A DNA stretch of 63,779 nucleotides, the filler included, from Octopus bimaculoides (Eukaryota), in the NCBI RefSeq assembly GCF_001194135.2. It is 6 parts of 6 records of this genome, joined end to end, with 100 filler letters (N's around TTAATTAATTAA, not from the genome) between each part and the next. Parts side by side here need not be neighbours in the genome. Positions count along the whole stretch, not along the records: positions 10,682 to 32,556 come from NC_068994.1; positions 32,657 to 50,635 come from NC_068990.1; 4 more parts are not named here. One strand, given 5' to 3'. The position numbers and the translations under genes were made by a program. Each line of letters opens with the position of its first letter. The first letter of the stretch is position 1. The notes under the pieces are model-generated. The model saw only the letters and a list, made by a program, of their open reading frames with translations, did no database searches and was not told where the DNA came from. Positions 25,294-37,324 of the stretch are shown piece after piece.

Positions 25294-26695
25294 CCCTAAA
25301 AACCCATGTAATTTACGTACTTTTTTCGAAAAAAAAACCAAAAATGAGCTTTAGGGGGTGTGTAAATTACTTGAGTAGATTGTTTGCAGAATTTCTTTTA
25401 GAAATTTTGTTTTGTTGAAAAATGACATACAAATGTAAACATTCATACAGGAAGTTGACTCATTTAATGTCAGAATAGGTTTTTACAGGAAAAATATAAT
25501 GGAGTTGACTTTTATTTATGCTGGACAGTATAACGTTGACTTTTTCTGTATAAATTTACTAAAACCATTAAATGGTCAACTACTTTTTGAAGTTTGATGT
25601 TCATGCTGGTAATCACAGTCCAGGCCATATTTTACTGCATCTAACACTGACAACACCATCACAATTCATCCTTGCGCATGTAAACTCACTAAGTGAATAT
25701 GACTAAGCGTTCCCACAGAAACCTTCATTTCCCTTATATGATTTTAATGTTGTTTCATGTTGAATTATACAACAATCTTACGTTCTCTTCATAGAACACT
25801 TGTAATGTATGTATTACCAATTCTTTTGGTATAGTAGATTTTTGCTATTCTTGTTTATGTCTCCTCACAGACATGTATTTTCTAACAAGTCACTTCTTAA
25901 ATTTCACACCTCTCTTGTTCAATAAACACTAAGTTAAACTTGCAAAGCTGTTTATTTTCTCCTTTCAGTTTTTAATGTTTATTTTAGCGGGTTACCAAAC
26001 AATCAGTTTGGTCTCCCGGCTAAAACGGTAATGATAAATTTTAAAGTTTGCTTGACATTTTATAAGTGTGAAAGGGATTAAAATTTCGATACTCCATATT
26101 AAAGGTTCTGACAAGAATAGGTGGAAAATCAGAGCTTGAGACAAGACACATTCGACCAATCAGAATTCTGTTTATATAATCAGTTTGATCGGTCACCTTC
26201 CTCTGTAGGTTGAGTAAAGTGTCATCCAAGCTGATGTTTATTAATAATTAAACTTATTTTCCAACACTTGTGTGTATTTATCAGCTTTGTTTTTGTTGTT
26301 GATAAGAATTATCAACAACTTTTCCTGTGATTGTGATTTGAGAAGATATACAGATGTATACTAAAGATCGGACATAATCTCATGTGGGCAAGAAATGTAA
26401 AATAAAGTTTATTATAAACACCACAAATACTTTGTAATTTGATAGCTTTCAATGTGATACCTGTTAAACAGAAATTATTTTTATTTAATGAAAATTTAAT
26501 AAAATCTAATCATAAGTAAGTGAAATTATGCTACATACAACTAAATTGAAAACCTTTTCCACCTGGCCATATCAGCAATTCTGAAAACTTTTGGTTGTGA
26601 ATTTTACACAAATAGAAGCTTTTTTTTAATAATTTTTATCCTGAAAATCACCTGCATAAATTACACAGGTGTGCAAATTACATGGGTTTTTACGG
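25294..26695. mobile_element. Non-autonomous Tc1/mariner-superfamily (pogo-like) DNA transposon nested in a SINE
   Basis: TA|CCCTAAAAACCCATGTAA ... TTACATGGGTTTTTACGG|TA. It splits a SINE-B copy whose two halves rejoin across the insertion. Confidence 0.75.
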
Positions 26696-27071
26696 TATTC
26701 CTTCTCTCAACATGTCAGGCCTTGTGCCTATAGTAGAAAAGTATTATTATTATTATTATTGCTGCTACTACTACTACTGCTAAGGTGATGAGCTGGCAGA
26801 ATTGTTTGCACACCATACAAAATGCTTACTGGCATTTCAACCATTCTTAGTTAAAATTCTACCAAGGTTGACTTTGCCTTTCATCCTTTGGGGGTTGATG
26901 AAATAAATACCACTCAAGTGTTGGGACTGATGTAACCAACTACCTCCTCCCTCAAGTTTCAGGCCTTGTGCTCGGTGGTGGTGGTGGTGGTGGTGGTATG
27001 TATTTTCTGTTCTAACTTTTTCCTCTTTGTATCCGTTGCTTCTAAACACACATTCTCATCTGCTTGTGTAG

Positions 27072-27204
27072 AACGAGAACTCAGCTACTGGTGTTTGTGT
27101 CCGGGTTTCACAATGAAGGAATTCGTGTCTCTCGGTATCAAGTGCTTGATCCTGACGAGTGGCACGCTGTCACCGATGAGTACTTTCTCCAGTGAACTGA
27201 AGAT
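27072..27204 (+). CDS. RTEL1: RTEL1 internal exon with the XPD-family TSGTL motif
   Basis: Encodes (K)RELSYWCLCPGFTMKEFVSLGIKCLILTSGTLSPMSTFSSELK, diagnostic of the XPD/FANCJ/RTEL1 family. AG/GT boundaries; phase 1 to 2. Confidence 0.93.
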
Positions 27205-28412
27205 GTAAGTACTCTTATCTCTTTCATTGCTCTTGCTTCCACTGTGTGCATACACGTAAAAGGGGAGGAGGAGGAGGGGGCAGGTCTGATTGATTTTTGT
27301 CACTGTGAAGAAGAGTGCTTGTTGTTTCTTGTGTTAGCCTCATGTAAGCAAACCCCTAGACTTCACAGGTATACCTGTACCTATTGTACCTATATATATA
27401 TATATATTTTTTTTTATATAAGGGCATTACTATGCAATAATGCCTCATGCTATGAGGGACTCTAAGGTCAGACTACCATAAAAAACACATTTTTACCAAA
27501 CGCGAGGAAATGCAACTCTCAAAGCCAACCCCTTAAAAACAGACTGAATTATAGATCATGATTTCGTAGTTATTGTAGTATTATACAACCTCTACTCATC
27601 AGTATAATATGGTCAAGAAAAATAGCAGTAANNNNNNNNNNNNNNNNNNNNNNNNNNNNNNNNNNNNNNNNNNNNNNNNNNNNNNNNNNNNNNNNNNNNN
27701 NNNNNNNNNNNNNNNNNNNNNNNNNNNNNNNNNNNNNNNNNNNNNNNNNNNNNNNNNNNNNNNNNNNNNNNNNNNNNNNNNNNNNNNNNNNNNNNNNNNN
27801 NNNNNNNNNNNNNGATATCCAAAAGTAATGCAGTACGATCGTTTCATGCAACTCCATTTAATTGAACAATGCAAACATTACATCAAATATAAAATGTAGA
27901 GCAATCTTCAGCTGCACAAAGATATAGAAATTTAATGAAATTGTATGGTCTGGCTAAGTTAAAATGGTTTTTTGTATTCCTCCAAATGTCTTGCTCAAGG
28001 AATGCACTGCCAGGAATTGAACTCACAACCCTACAGTCTTGAGCCAAATACCTTAACCACTAAGCCACATGGACACACACACACATGCCAAAGCAGACCT
28101 CACTGGTGCTGGTGGCATGTGAAAAGCACTCAGTCTACTTTGTAAAGTGGTTGGCATTAGGGAGGGCATCGAGCCATAAAAACCATGCCAAACAGATCTT
28201 GTCAGTGCTGGTGCCACGTGAAAAGTATCCAGTCCACTCTGTAAAGTGGTTGGTGTTAAGAAGGGCATCCAGATGTAAAAACCATGTAAAAACCATGCCA
28301 AAACAGACTGTGGAGCTACATGCAGTCTTCTGCCTTGCCAGCTCCTGTCAAACCATCCAACCCATGCCAGCATGGAAGGCAGATGTTAAATGATGATGAT
28401 GATATATACACC

Positions 28413-28486
<74 letters not shown>

Positions 28487-28697
28487 AAATTTACATCTAT
28501 ATCACCTCGATATTTAAGTAACTAAATGGCTTGTTAGTGTTTTAATGAAATACAGTCACATAATAAAAGTAATGGCTTTGATGTTTATGCTAGTGGGATG
28601 GACAAACAGAGTGAAAGAGAGAGACACTGCCAATTGTATTAACAAATGTAAGTTGTGCTTATCAATATTTGAACCTCTAACTCTTTTCCCACTGCAG

Positions 28698-28811
28698 ACC
28701 ATTTCCTGTGGTTCTTCAGAATCCTCACATCATAAAGAAGGATCAAATATGGGTGGGTACAGTGCCAAAGGGACCAGACAAGTACACATTGAATTCCAGT
28801 TATCAAACAAG
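28698..28811 (+). CDS. RTEL1: RTEL1 internal exon
   Basis: Encodes (I)PFPVVLQNPHIIKKDQIWVGTVPKGPDKYTLNSSYQT(R), matching the recalled RTEL1 IPFPVCLENPHII...QIWVG..P.GPD. Phase 2 to 2. Confidence 0.93.
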
Positions 28812-28839
28812 GTATCATCAGTATAACAGTTTGTTCTCT

Positions 28840-29155
28840 TTTGTCGTCATCATTATCATTGTCATCATGAACGTTGTTACCATTCATTATCATCATCAGC
28901 ATCGTTGTTTCATCAATATCATTATTAACATCATTGTCATCAACATCGTCATCATTAACATCATTGTCATCAACATCGTCATCATTATCATCATTGTCAT
29001 CAACATCATCAGTCGCAACATCATTACTATTGTCATCAACATCATTATCAGTCATCATCGTCATCATAATCAACATCATTATTGTCATCATCATCATCAT
29101 CATCACCATGAACATCACCATCAACATTGTATCATTGTCACCATCATCATTGTGG
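28840..29155. repeat. (CAT/CAA)n low-complexity tract with a 30-bp higher-order unit
   Basis: Repeats of CATCATTGTCATCAACATCGTCATCATTAA directly after an RTEL1 donor site. Confidence 0.85.
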
Positions 29156-29169
29156 GGTTGCGAATTGTC

Positions 29170-30114
29170 CTGATGAAATATCACTCCTTTTCAATTCACT
29201 TAAAGCAGGTCTTTTTTTCTTTAAAGCTTGGTTCAAATGCTCTAATCGCTGACAGTGGACTTAAGCATTGACTGTTGCATTGGGTGGTAACAATTCAAAG
29301 TGAATTACTCCTTTGTTATCCCACCAGATAGAGAGAAGAACCTTTTTCCCATGAAGTTCCTTTCTCGGTTGTGGTTGAGTTTTTTTTTCTCTTTTATCAA
29401 GCCACTGCTTACGATGCTTAACATTTCGATAGAAGATCCATTTTTCATCACCAGTCACAAGTCTATCCAAAAAGGGTGAAATGAGTTTGCGAGAATGGAG
29501 AGAAGAGCAGATGTTAACTCAGGATTTGCGGTTGCTTTCGGACAATTCATGAGTCACCCATTTGCCAATTTAGGAACATTTCCAAGTTGTTGAAGATGAC
29601 GATGAACAGTTGTATGGTTTGAACTNNNNNNNNNNNNNNNNNNNNNNNNNNNNNNNNNNNNNNNNNNNNNNNNNNNNNNNNNNNNNNNNNNNNNNNNNNN
29701 NNNNNNNNNNNNNNNNNNNNNNNNNNNNNNNNNATCCTGTTCGATCTTCATCTTCAAGGCTGAAATCTCCACTTCTGAATTTTGCAAACCATCTTCTTTC
29801 TGCAAGTTCTTTCATTCAAGCATTCTTTCCCATAAACTGAGTGTATGTTTCGAGTCGCTTCGGCTGCAGAGTTTCCTTTATTGTACTCATAAAGCATTAT
29901 GTGCCTCAAATGTTCTTTGGATACTTCCATGTTAGACAGGGTTTTAATCAAAGAAATTTTAATTCTATTATTCTGCAAAATAATATTTAATTAGTTTAAA
30001 TGTACACAAATGCATAAAAATAATTTTTAATTCCATTAGGCATTCTAAAATATTATTAAATTTCATTCAATTTTAAAAAAGGTAAAATCGGACAGAACTT
30101 ATGGGATGACCTGA
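29170..30114 (-). mobile_element. Mariner transposase pseudogene, 5' half with TIR
   Basis: MEVSKEHLRHIMLYEYNKGNSAAEATRNIHSVYG...RWFAKFRSGDFSLED...VTGDEKWIFYRN...KKVLLSIWWD, with frameshifts. TIR TA|TCAGGTCATCCCATAAGTTCTGTCCG at 30114. Confidence 0.92.
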
Positions 30115-30252
30115 TATATCATCATCATCATCATCATCACCACCACTCATAAATATCATCATCACCACCATCATCATCACCACCATCATCATCACCACAA
30201 CCTCCACCCCCGCACAATACATCAAACTTCTCTCTATTTATATCTCCAACAG

Positions 30253-30293
30253 GTTTGACGTCAAGTACCAAACATCTCTTGGCAATCTCATCA
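30253..30293 (+). CDS. RTEL1: RTEL1 short internal exon
   Basis: ccaacag acceptor, gtgagt donor. Encodes (R)FDVKYQTSLGNLI; phase 2 to 1. Confidence 0.85.
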
Positions 30294-31681
30294 GTGAGTT
30301 TACTTCCTCCCTTCATCTTGACTTTGGTCTCTGATCATCATAACACCTTCAGCATTCAAACCAGTCAGTCATAGCTGTCCTAAATATTCTATTTGTTTTA
30401 TGTTCAAACTGGCCAGATCAGGCCTCTCATGCCTACCCTACAATGTCATTGTTAGTGCTGTTCCTTTGCATCAGTGTGTTTCGTTTGACAGAATGGTCTG
30501 AATGTTAATGAGTGAAGCCAGCCACATCTCACCTCTCACACTTACCCTACAATGTCATTCTAAAAATAAACAATCACATCATCGAAATCTCAAAGCTATG
30601 AGATAATGACGATTAATTGAAAACAATGTGAATAAATAAGCTTTACATTTGACAGTAATCTGAATGCTAAAAGATTAAAACTGTATGGTATGATTTGGGA
30701 GAGATTTGCCTATTAATTTTAGCAAATTGAGCAACAAGGTAGGGGCTTCTTCATTATCTGTAAATATCTGTAAAAAGCAGCGAGCTGGCAGAATCATTAG
30801 CATGCTGGGCGAAATGTTTAGTGGTATTTTGTCTGCTGTTAAGTTCNNNNNNNNNNNNNNNNNNNNNNNNNNNNNNNNNNNNNNNNNNNNNNNNNNNNNN
30901 NNNNNNNNNNNNNNNNNNNNNNNNNNNNNNNNNNNNNNNNNNNNNNNNNNNNNNNNNNNNNNNNNNNNNNNNNNNNNNNNNNNNNNNNNNNNNNNNNNNN
31001 NNNNNNNNNNNNNNNNNNNNNNNNNNNNNNNNNNNNNNNNNNNNNNNNNNNNNNNNNNNNNNNNNNNNNNNNNNNNNNNNNNNNNNNNNNNNNNNNNNNN
31101 NNNNNNNNNNNNNNNNNNNNNNNNNNNNNNNNNNNNNNNNNNNNNNNNNNNNNNNNNNNNNNNNNNNNNNNNNNNNNNNNNNNNNNNNNNNNNNNNNNNN
31201 NNNNNNNNNNNNNNNNNNNNNNNNNNNNNNNNNNNNNNNNNNNNNNNNNNNNNNNNNNNNNNNNNNNNNNNNNNNNNNNNNNNNNNNNNNNNNNNNNNNN
31301 NNNNNNNNNNNNNNNNNNNNNNNNNNNNNNNNNNNNNNNNNNNNNNNNNNNNNNNNNNNNNNNNNNNNNNNNNNNNNNNNNNNNNNNNNNNNNNNNNNNN
31401 NNNNNNNNGTGGAAGAGTACAGTAGGGTTCGCCACCATTCCCTGCCGGAGCCTCGTGGAGCTTTAGGTGTTTTCGCTCAATAAACACTCACAATGCCTGG
31501 TCTGGGAATCGAAACTGCGATCCTATGACCGCAAGTCAGCTGCCCTAACCACTGGGCCATTGCGCCTCCACTAGGGGCAGACATTATCCCCATCTCCTCT
31601 TACCTCCCTGCTGCTCTCTCACTTCCCTCCTCTTCCCACTTCTCTTCTTCTCTTAAGCCCCCTTTTCTTCTACATTTGCAG

Positions 31682-31767
31682 TAAACATTAGCTATGTAAT
31701 CCCTCATGGACTCCTGATCTTCTTCCCATCCTACCCACTCATGGATTCCTGCATCACCTACTGGAAG
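31682..31767 (+). CDS. RTEL1: RTEL1, last detectable internal exon
   Basis: Long pyrimidine tract plus tttgcag acceptor, gtaagt donor. Encodes (I)NISYVIPHGLLIFFPSYPLMDSCITYWK, containing the GLLIFFPSY helicase motif. Phase 1 to 0. Confidence 0.93.
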
Positions 31768-32445
31768 GTAAGTTGCCCTCCTTTGGGGTTTTTTTTAAAA
31801 TTTCATTTTATTTTATTTGTTTCTTTAGTCAAGCAGAAAGGCTGTGCCCATGGCCCTTTACAAGATCTCTCAGACTAGTGGGTGGGAGGGACAGTGGAAT
31901 AAAATTTTGCCTGAATGCTTACAACAAAATAGGGCCTGGTACCCCAGAGGTGTTACTGTTAAACCGGGCAATGAATTAAGCCATTAGCATTTGAACCAGC
32001 CATATCTGGTCATTGTTTTATGTTCAAACTGGCCAAATACAGTCTCTTACATCTATACTACAATGTCATTCTAAAAATAAACAATTGCATCATCAAAATC
32101 TCAAACTTACAACATAAAGCATGATTAATTCAAAACAATGTGAATAAATGAGCAGGACATTTGACAGAGTAATCTGAATGCTAAGTGGTTAAACCAGTCA
32201 TATCCAGCCCAAATATTCTATGTTTTATATTCAGACTTTTCAGATCCAACCTCTCACACCTACCCTACAATGTCATTCTAAAATAAATAGGCGCAGGAGT
32301 GGCTGTGTGGTAAGTAGCTTGCTTACCAACCACATGGTTCCGGGTACATTCCCACTGCATGGCACCTTGGGCAAGTGTCTTCTACTATAGCCTCAGGCCA
32401 ACCAAAGCCTTGTGAGTGGATTAGGTAGACGGAAACTGAAAGAAG

Positions 32446-32478
<33 letters not shown>

Positions 32479-33084
32479 GTTTAACGTCCGCTTTCCATGC
32501 TAGCATGGGTTGGACGATTTGACTGAGGACTGGTGAAACTGGATGGCAACACCAGGNNNNNNNNNNNNNNNNNNNNNNNNNNNNNNNNNNNNNNNNNNNN
32601 TTAATTAATTAANNNNNNNNNNNNNNNNNNNNNNNNNNNNNNNNNNNNNNNNNNNNACGTTTGTAGGATATCTATGTAGTGAAATAACTTTGCCGTCCAC
32701 ATTCTTCCTTCTATAGTGGCTGCAAATACAGCAGTATTTGCGTGATTTCTTCGGAGACATAATAACCGGTCAGTACAGTATGTGAGTCGTTAGTCTGCGG
32801 AAGTTAAAGCAAGTCACTGAGCATGCGTGCATGTCATACGGGAGAGTTCCAATCAGGGGTGGATAACAACCTTATAGGAACCCCCTACAGGCACAAAGCT
32901 TGGAATTTGCTGGATGGAGACTGATTGATTTCACTGACTGGTTCTTATTTTATCAATCCGAAAGGATGAAAGGCAAGGTCAATCTTGGTGGAATTTGAAC
33001 TCTGAATGTAGTTATGAACAAAAACCACGTCCAGCATACTTACAATTCTGCCTTAATCATTATTATAATAATATAATAATAATA

Positions 33085-34112
33085 ATAATAATAATAACAA
33101 GGTGTTAGCTATAAATTCCTTAGCAGTTCTTGTTGTTATTTACAGTTTCAATGTGTTGAATTGGAATATGAGCAAAATAAGGAAGATTGATAGGAAAATC
33201 CGTAAGCTGCTGACTTGCAATAAGATGCACCACCCAAAGGCAGTCGCAGATCATCTTTACCTACCCAGAGCTCAAGGAGATAGAGGCTTGATCCAATTTG
33301 AAATCTTGTACAAAACCACCACAACTAGACTGGCAAAATATCTTGAAATATCTAATGACTGGATGCTAAAACTCGTTGAAAGCTATGAAAGACATAAGAA
33401 GCTTCATTCTGTTATGAAGGAGAGCAAAATATTTTCAAGTGAATTTATGCATACTACCCAGGTTGAACAGCATGAGGGAAGTGCAGCAACTGTAACTGCA
33501 AAGGCGGTGAAATCAATAGCAAAGCAAAATGCACTTGAACATTTGGCTGATAGGCAGGAACAAAAACTTCTGCATGGCAAATATGCCTGTAACAAACAAG
33601 CTGATGTAGACCAGAAGCAGACCCATCAGTGGCTACAGCGCTCAGGGCTAAAGGCAAAGAGTGAAGGCTCTATTTTGGCTGCCCAAGATCAGAGCTTATT
33701 GTCCCGGAACTATCAAGCCAATGTGATGGAAAATGGTGTAGACCCAAAGTGCCAATACTGCAACGAGATAAAAACAGTCGACCACCTCTGGATGTAAGGT
33801 TTTAGCACCTGTAGAGTACAAATCAAGACATGAGAGAGTTGGCCAGTATTTACATTGGATAATGCATTGGCATTATAAAACCAAAACTGCTGACAAATGG
33901 TACAAGCACCACACTAAGGCTGTAACTGAGGGTGAAAATGTAACTATTCTTTGTGACTTCCCAGTATGTACAGATCAAACCATCAAGGCAAATAAACCAG
34001 ATATTGTTGTGAAAGACAAAAGCAATAAAGTAGTCTGTTTATTGATTGACATGAGCATACCCTGTGAACATAATATCTCGGCAAAAGAATTTGATAAGCT
34101 CAGAAAATATAC
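33085..34112 (+). mobile_element. R4/Dong-like non-LTR retrotransposon fragment (post-RT region, CCHC knuckle, RLE endonuclease)
   Basis: MHHPKAVADHLYLPRAQGDRGL, AAQDQSL..RNY, KCQYCNE..TVDHL...C, and ANKPDIVVKD...LLIDMSIP. Contains stops and frameshifts. Confidence 0.85.
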
Positions 34113-34149
34113 AGAATATAGGATCTGTTTTTTTTTTCTTTATCTCAAG

Positions 34150-34700
34150 GTACAACTTAATATTGTCTACATATTTTAACACAGTAACATGCATCAGGCT
34201 GGCATCTACTTTGCTAAAATATGCAATAAACAACAGGGTATCAAGAACAGATCTTTGCAGGACTTCATATGTCATTGCATAAGATGCAGAATGTTATCCT
34301 AGTGCTGTTTTCTACTGAGAATTTGAGAATGTGGAAGAAGTAGTAATCTGTTCAATAATCAATCAGTAACGATGTTGCCTGGCTAGCATTAATGCAAGGT
34401 CTGAGTTCCATAAATTAGAACCATAATTTTTGATGTCATGTGTTCATATAAGATTTCAGTACTTATATTTATTAATTAAAACTAGTATTTAATTTCTTAT
34501 TAACGAAAACTAATAATGCTATCTGTAACCTTTGACAAGACAGATGAATATGTCTGTGAAACCAAGTGAAAGACAGTAGAATTTATTGATCTGTTGCTGC
34601 AGTAATAATTGGTAAAATGCTGCGGTGATGGTGGTGCTGTACAAAATTGTAACCAAATCAACATGTTACTCTTATTAATTGGAATGACCATAATTAAACT
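34150..34700 (-). mobile_element. Highly decayed CR1/L2-like RT remnant
   Basis: EVLQRSVLDTLLFIAYF resembles GVPQGSVLGPLLF.IY. Confidence 0.4.
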
Positions 34701-35338
34701 TTAATATGATTATACAGGTCAGAACATTCAGTGATGTAGATACAATGGAGTAGGTTTAGACTTCATCATTTGATGAACTACAGTATTTTGTCAGTGTCTA
34801 CCACAACTCCTGGAATATTTTCAATAGTCTTGTTGAATAACACACACACACACACACATGATTAGCTGCTTTCAGCTGAGTAAGTGCTATGGATAGACCA
34901 TAGTTAAGCTCCAGGCTCAGTGATTATGCGAATAAGGGGTCCCACGTAGGTCATATATCAGCGTGTGAATATAAGGATTTACTTTGCGTAATGAGATAAA
35001 AAGACCAAGGCTGTGAATAATATAGAACATTTATAAATAGAAGGTCTTACAGCTGTTTCCAGAACCCTTGATTCAATAACAATGTTATAAACTCTGTATT
35101 TGGAATGACCAATTTCAAAGATTGTTGAATTTTACTCATAAGGTATTGGAATCTCAATAATAGATTTACAAATGCAATGACCATTCTTAAAGACTATTGG
35201 ATTTTACACACAAGGTATTAGAATCTTATATGTACACCATTCTGCCTAAACAATGGATTTACAAATACAATATTCCTACATTCACTCTCTATTTCCTATC
35301 TTATTTAAAGTAACTATTGCTTAACTATCTTCTCACAC

Positions 35339-35388
35339 CGTCTCCGATGAAGGGATATAATAAATATCCTGGAAACAGCTGTAAGACG
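35339..35388 (+). ncRNA. Minimal type I hammerhead-ribozyme-like motif
   Basis: Stem I CGTCT/AGACG; core CCGATGA...GAAAC; stem II GGGATAT/ATATCCT; palindromic stem III ACAGCTGT; GTA cleavage triplet. A second copy lies at ~50762-50810. Confidence 0.55.
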
Positions 35389-35455
35389 TTCTATTTATAA
35401 ATGTTCTATATTATACACAGCCTTGGTTTTTTTATCTCATTACGAAAAGTAAATC

Positions 35456-35491
<36 letters not shown>

Positions 35492-35521
35492 CATACATAC
35501 ATACAACACACATACATACAA

Positions 35522-35835
35522 GTGAAGGCACGTAGCTTAGTGGTTAGGGCATTTGGCTCACAATCGTTGGGTCGTGAGTTCGATTTCCGGCAGCACATTG
35601 TGTCCTTGAGCAAGACACTTTATTTCAGAGTGCTCCAGTCCACTCAGATGCCAAAACTAAGTAGTACCTGTATTTCAAGGGGCCAGCCTTGTCACACTCT
35701 GTATCATGCTGAATCTCCCTGAGAAGTATGTGAAAGGGTACACGTATCTGCGAAGTGCTCAGTCACTTGTATGTTAATCTTACAAGCAAACAGTTCCATT
35801 AATCATATCAGCTGGGACCCGCATCATCGTAAACA
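35522..35835 (+). mobile_element. tRNA-derived SINE family E
   Basis: GGCACGTAGCTTAGTGGTTAGGG...GAGTTCGATTTCCGG...GTGTCCTTGAGCAAGACAC. Reverse partial copy at ~53860-54060. Confidence 0.7.
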
Positions 35836-36271
35836 ATGAAGTGCTCCTATACACACATACACACATACATACATACATACAAACATACAAACATGATGGA
35901 CTATCCTATCAAAAAGGATATATGAACAATTTAGCTTCTGCTGAACGACCTACACAAATAATTTGTTTATAATGATCAAATATATGTGCCACACATTAGC
36001 TCATTCTTTTCATTGAATCGATGTTGTCTGAATGGGGGCACAGTGTGCCACATGTTGGGTGTCGAAGCGATTGCAGAACAATGTAAGATGAACTGTTTTG
36101 CTCATGAACACAACACACCACCCAGTCTGGGAATTGAAATCATGATCTAACAAGCATGAGTCCAACACAACAACCACTAAGCCATGCACCTTCTCTGCAT
36201 ATATACACACACACATATATATATGTATAACCCATGCCAGCATGGAAGGTGAACGTTAAATGATGATGATG

Positions 36272-36312
<41 letters not shown>

Positions 36313-36822
36313 NNNNNNNNNNNNNNNNNNNNNNNNNNNNNNNNNNNNNNNNNNNNNNNNNNNNNNNNNNNNNNNNNNNNNNNNNNNNNNNNNNNNNNNN
36401 NNNNNNNNNNNNNNNNNNNNNNNNNNNNNNNNNNNNNNNNNNNNNNNNNNNNNNNNNNNNNNNNNNNNNNNNNNNNNNNNNNNNNNNNNNNNNNNNNNNN
36501 NNNNNNNNNNNNNNNNNNNNNNNNNNNNNNNNNNNNNNNNNNNNNNNNNNNNNNNNNNNNNNNNNNNNNNNNNNNNNNNNNNNNNNNNNNNNNNNNNNNN
36601 NNNNNNNNNNNNNNNNNNNNNNNNNNNNNNNNNNNNNNNNNNNNNNNNNNNNNNNNNNNNNNNNNNNNNNNNNNNNNNNNNNNNNNNNNNNNNNNNNNNN
36701 NNNNNNNNNNNNNNNNNNNNNNNNNNNNNNNNNNNNNNNNNNNNNNNNNNNNNNNNNNNNNNNNNNNNNNNNNNNNNNNNNNNNNNNNNNNNNNNNNNNN
36801 NNNNNNNNNNNNNNNNNNNNNN

Positions 36823-36891
<69 letters not shown>

Positions 36892-37289
36892 ACACACACA
36901 CATGCATATATATTGTTGCTATTATGTTAAACTGTCGTAAGGTCAAATTTGGCCAAATGCACTTCTTTCCATTATTTAATTTTGCTTGCAATAGCTGGTT
37001 CTTTTGGGTAAACTATTGTATCTGCAGCTGCTTCAGATGAAAATTATCCAAGTGTAGTACAATGGTTTACAATTTTCAAAAGTGTAGTAAAGTCCCACAT
37101 AATTTTTGCAAAAATATTTCTGACTGAAAATATCATACATGCATGGATTTACGATTGTATGCACCCAACACTGTATCATTGTTAAGCTGAAACTGTTGCT
37201 AATGTAAAAAGAAATAGAATGGTGGAACTATGTTTTCATTCTCTGAAAAAGCAACGTTTTGAACTTGTGACATTTTTGCATTATAGCAA

Positions 37290-37324
<35 letters not shown>

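Noticed and set aside
35522-35600. tRNA genes suggested by A/B-box-like sequences (also at other SINE heads)
   Set aside because: No complete cloverleaf; each continues into a multi-copy SINE body.
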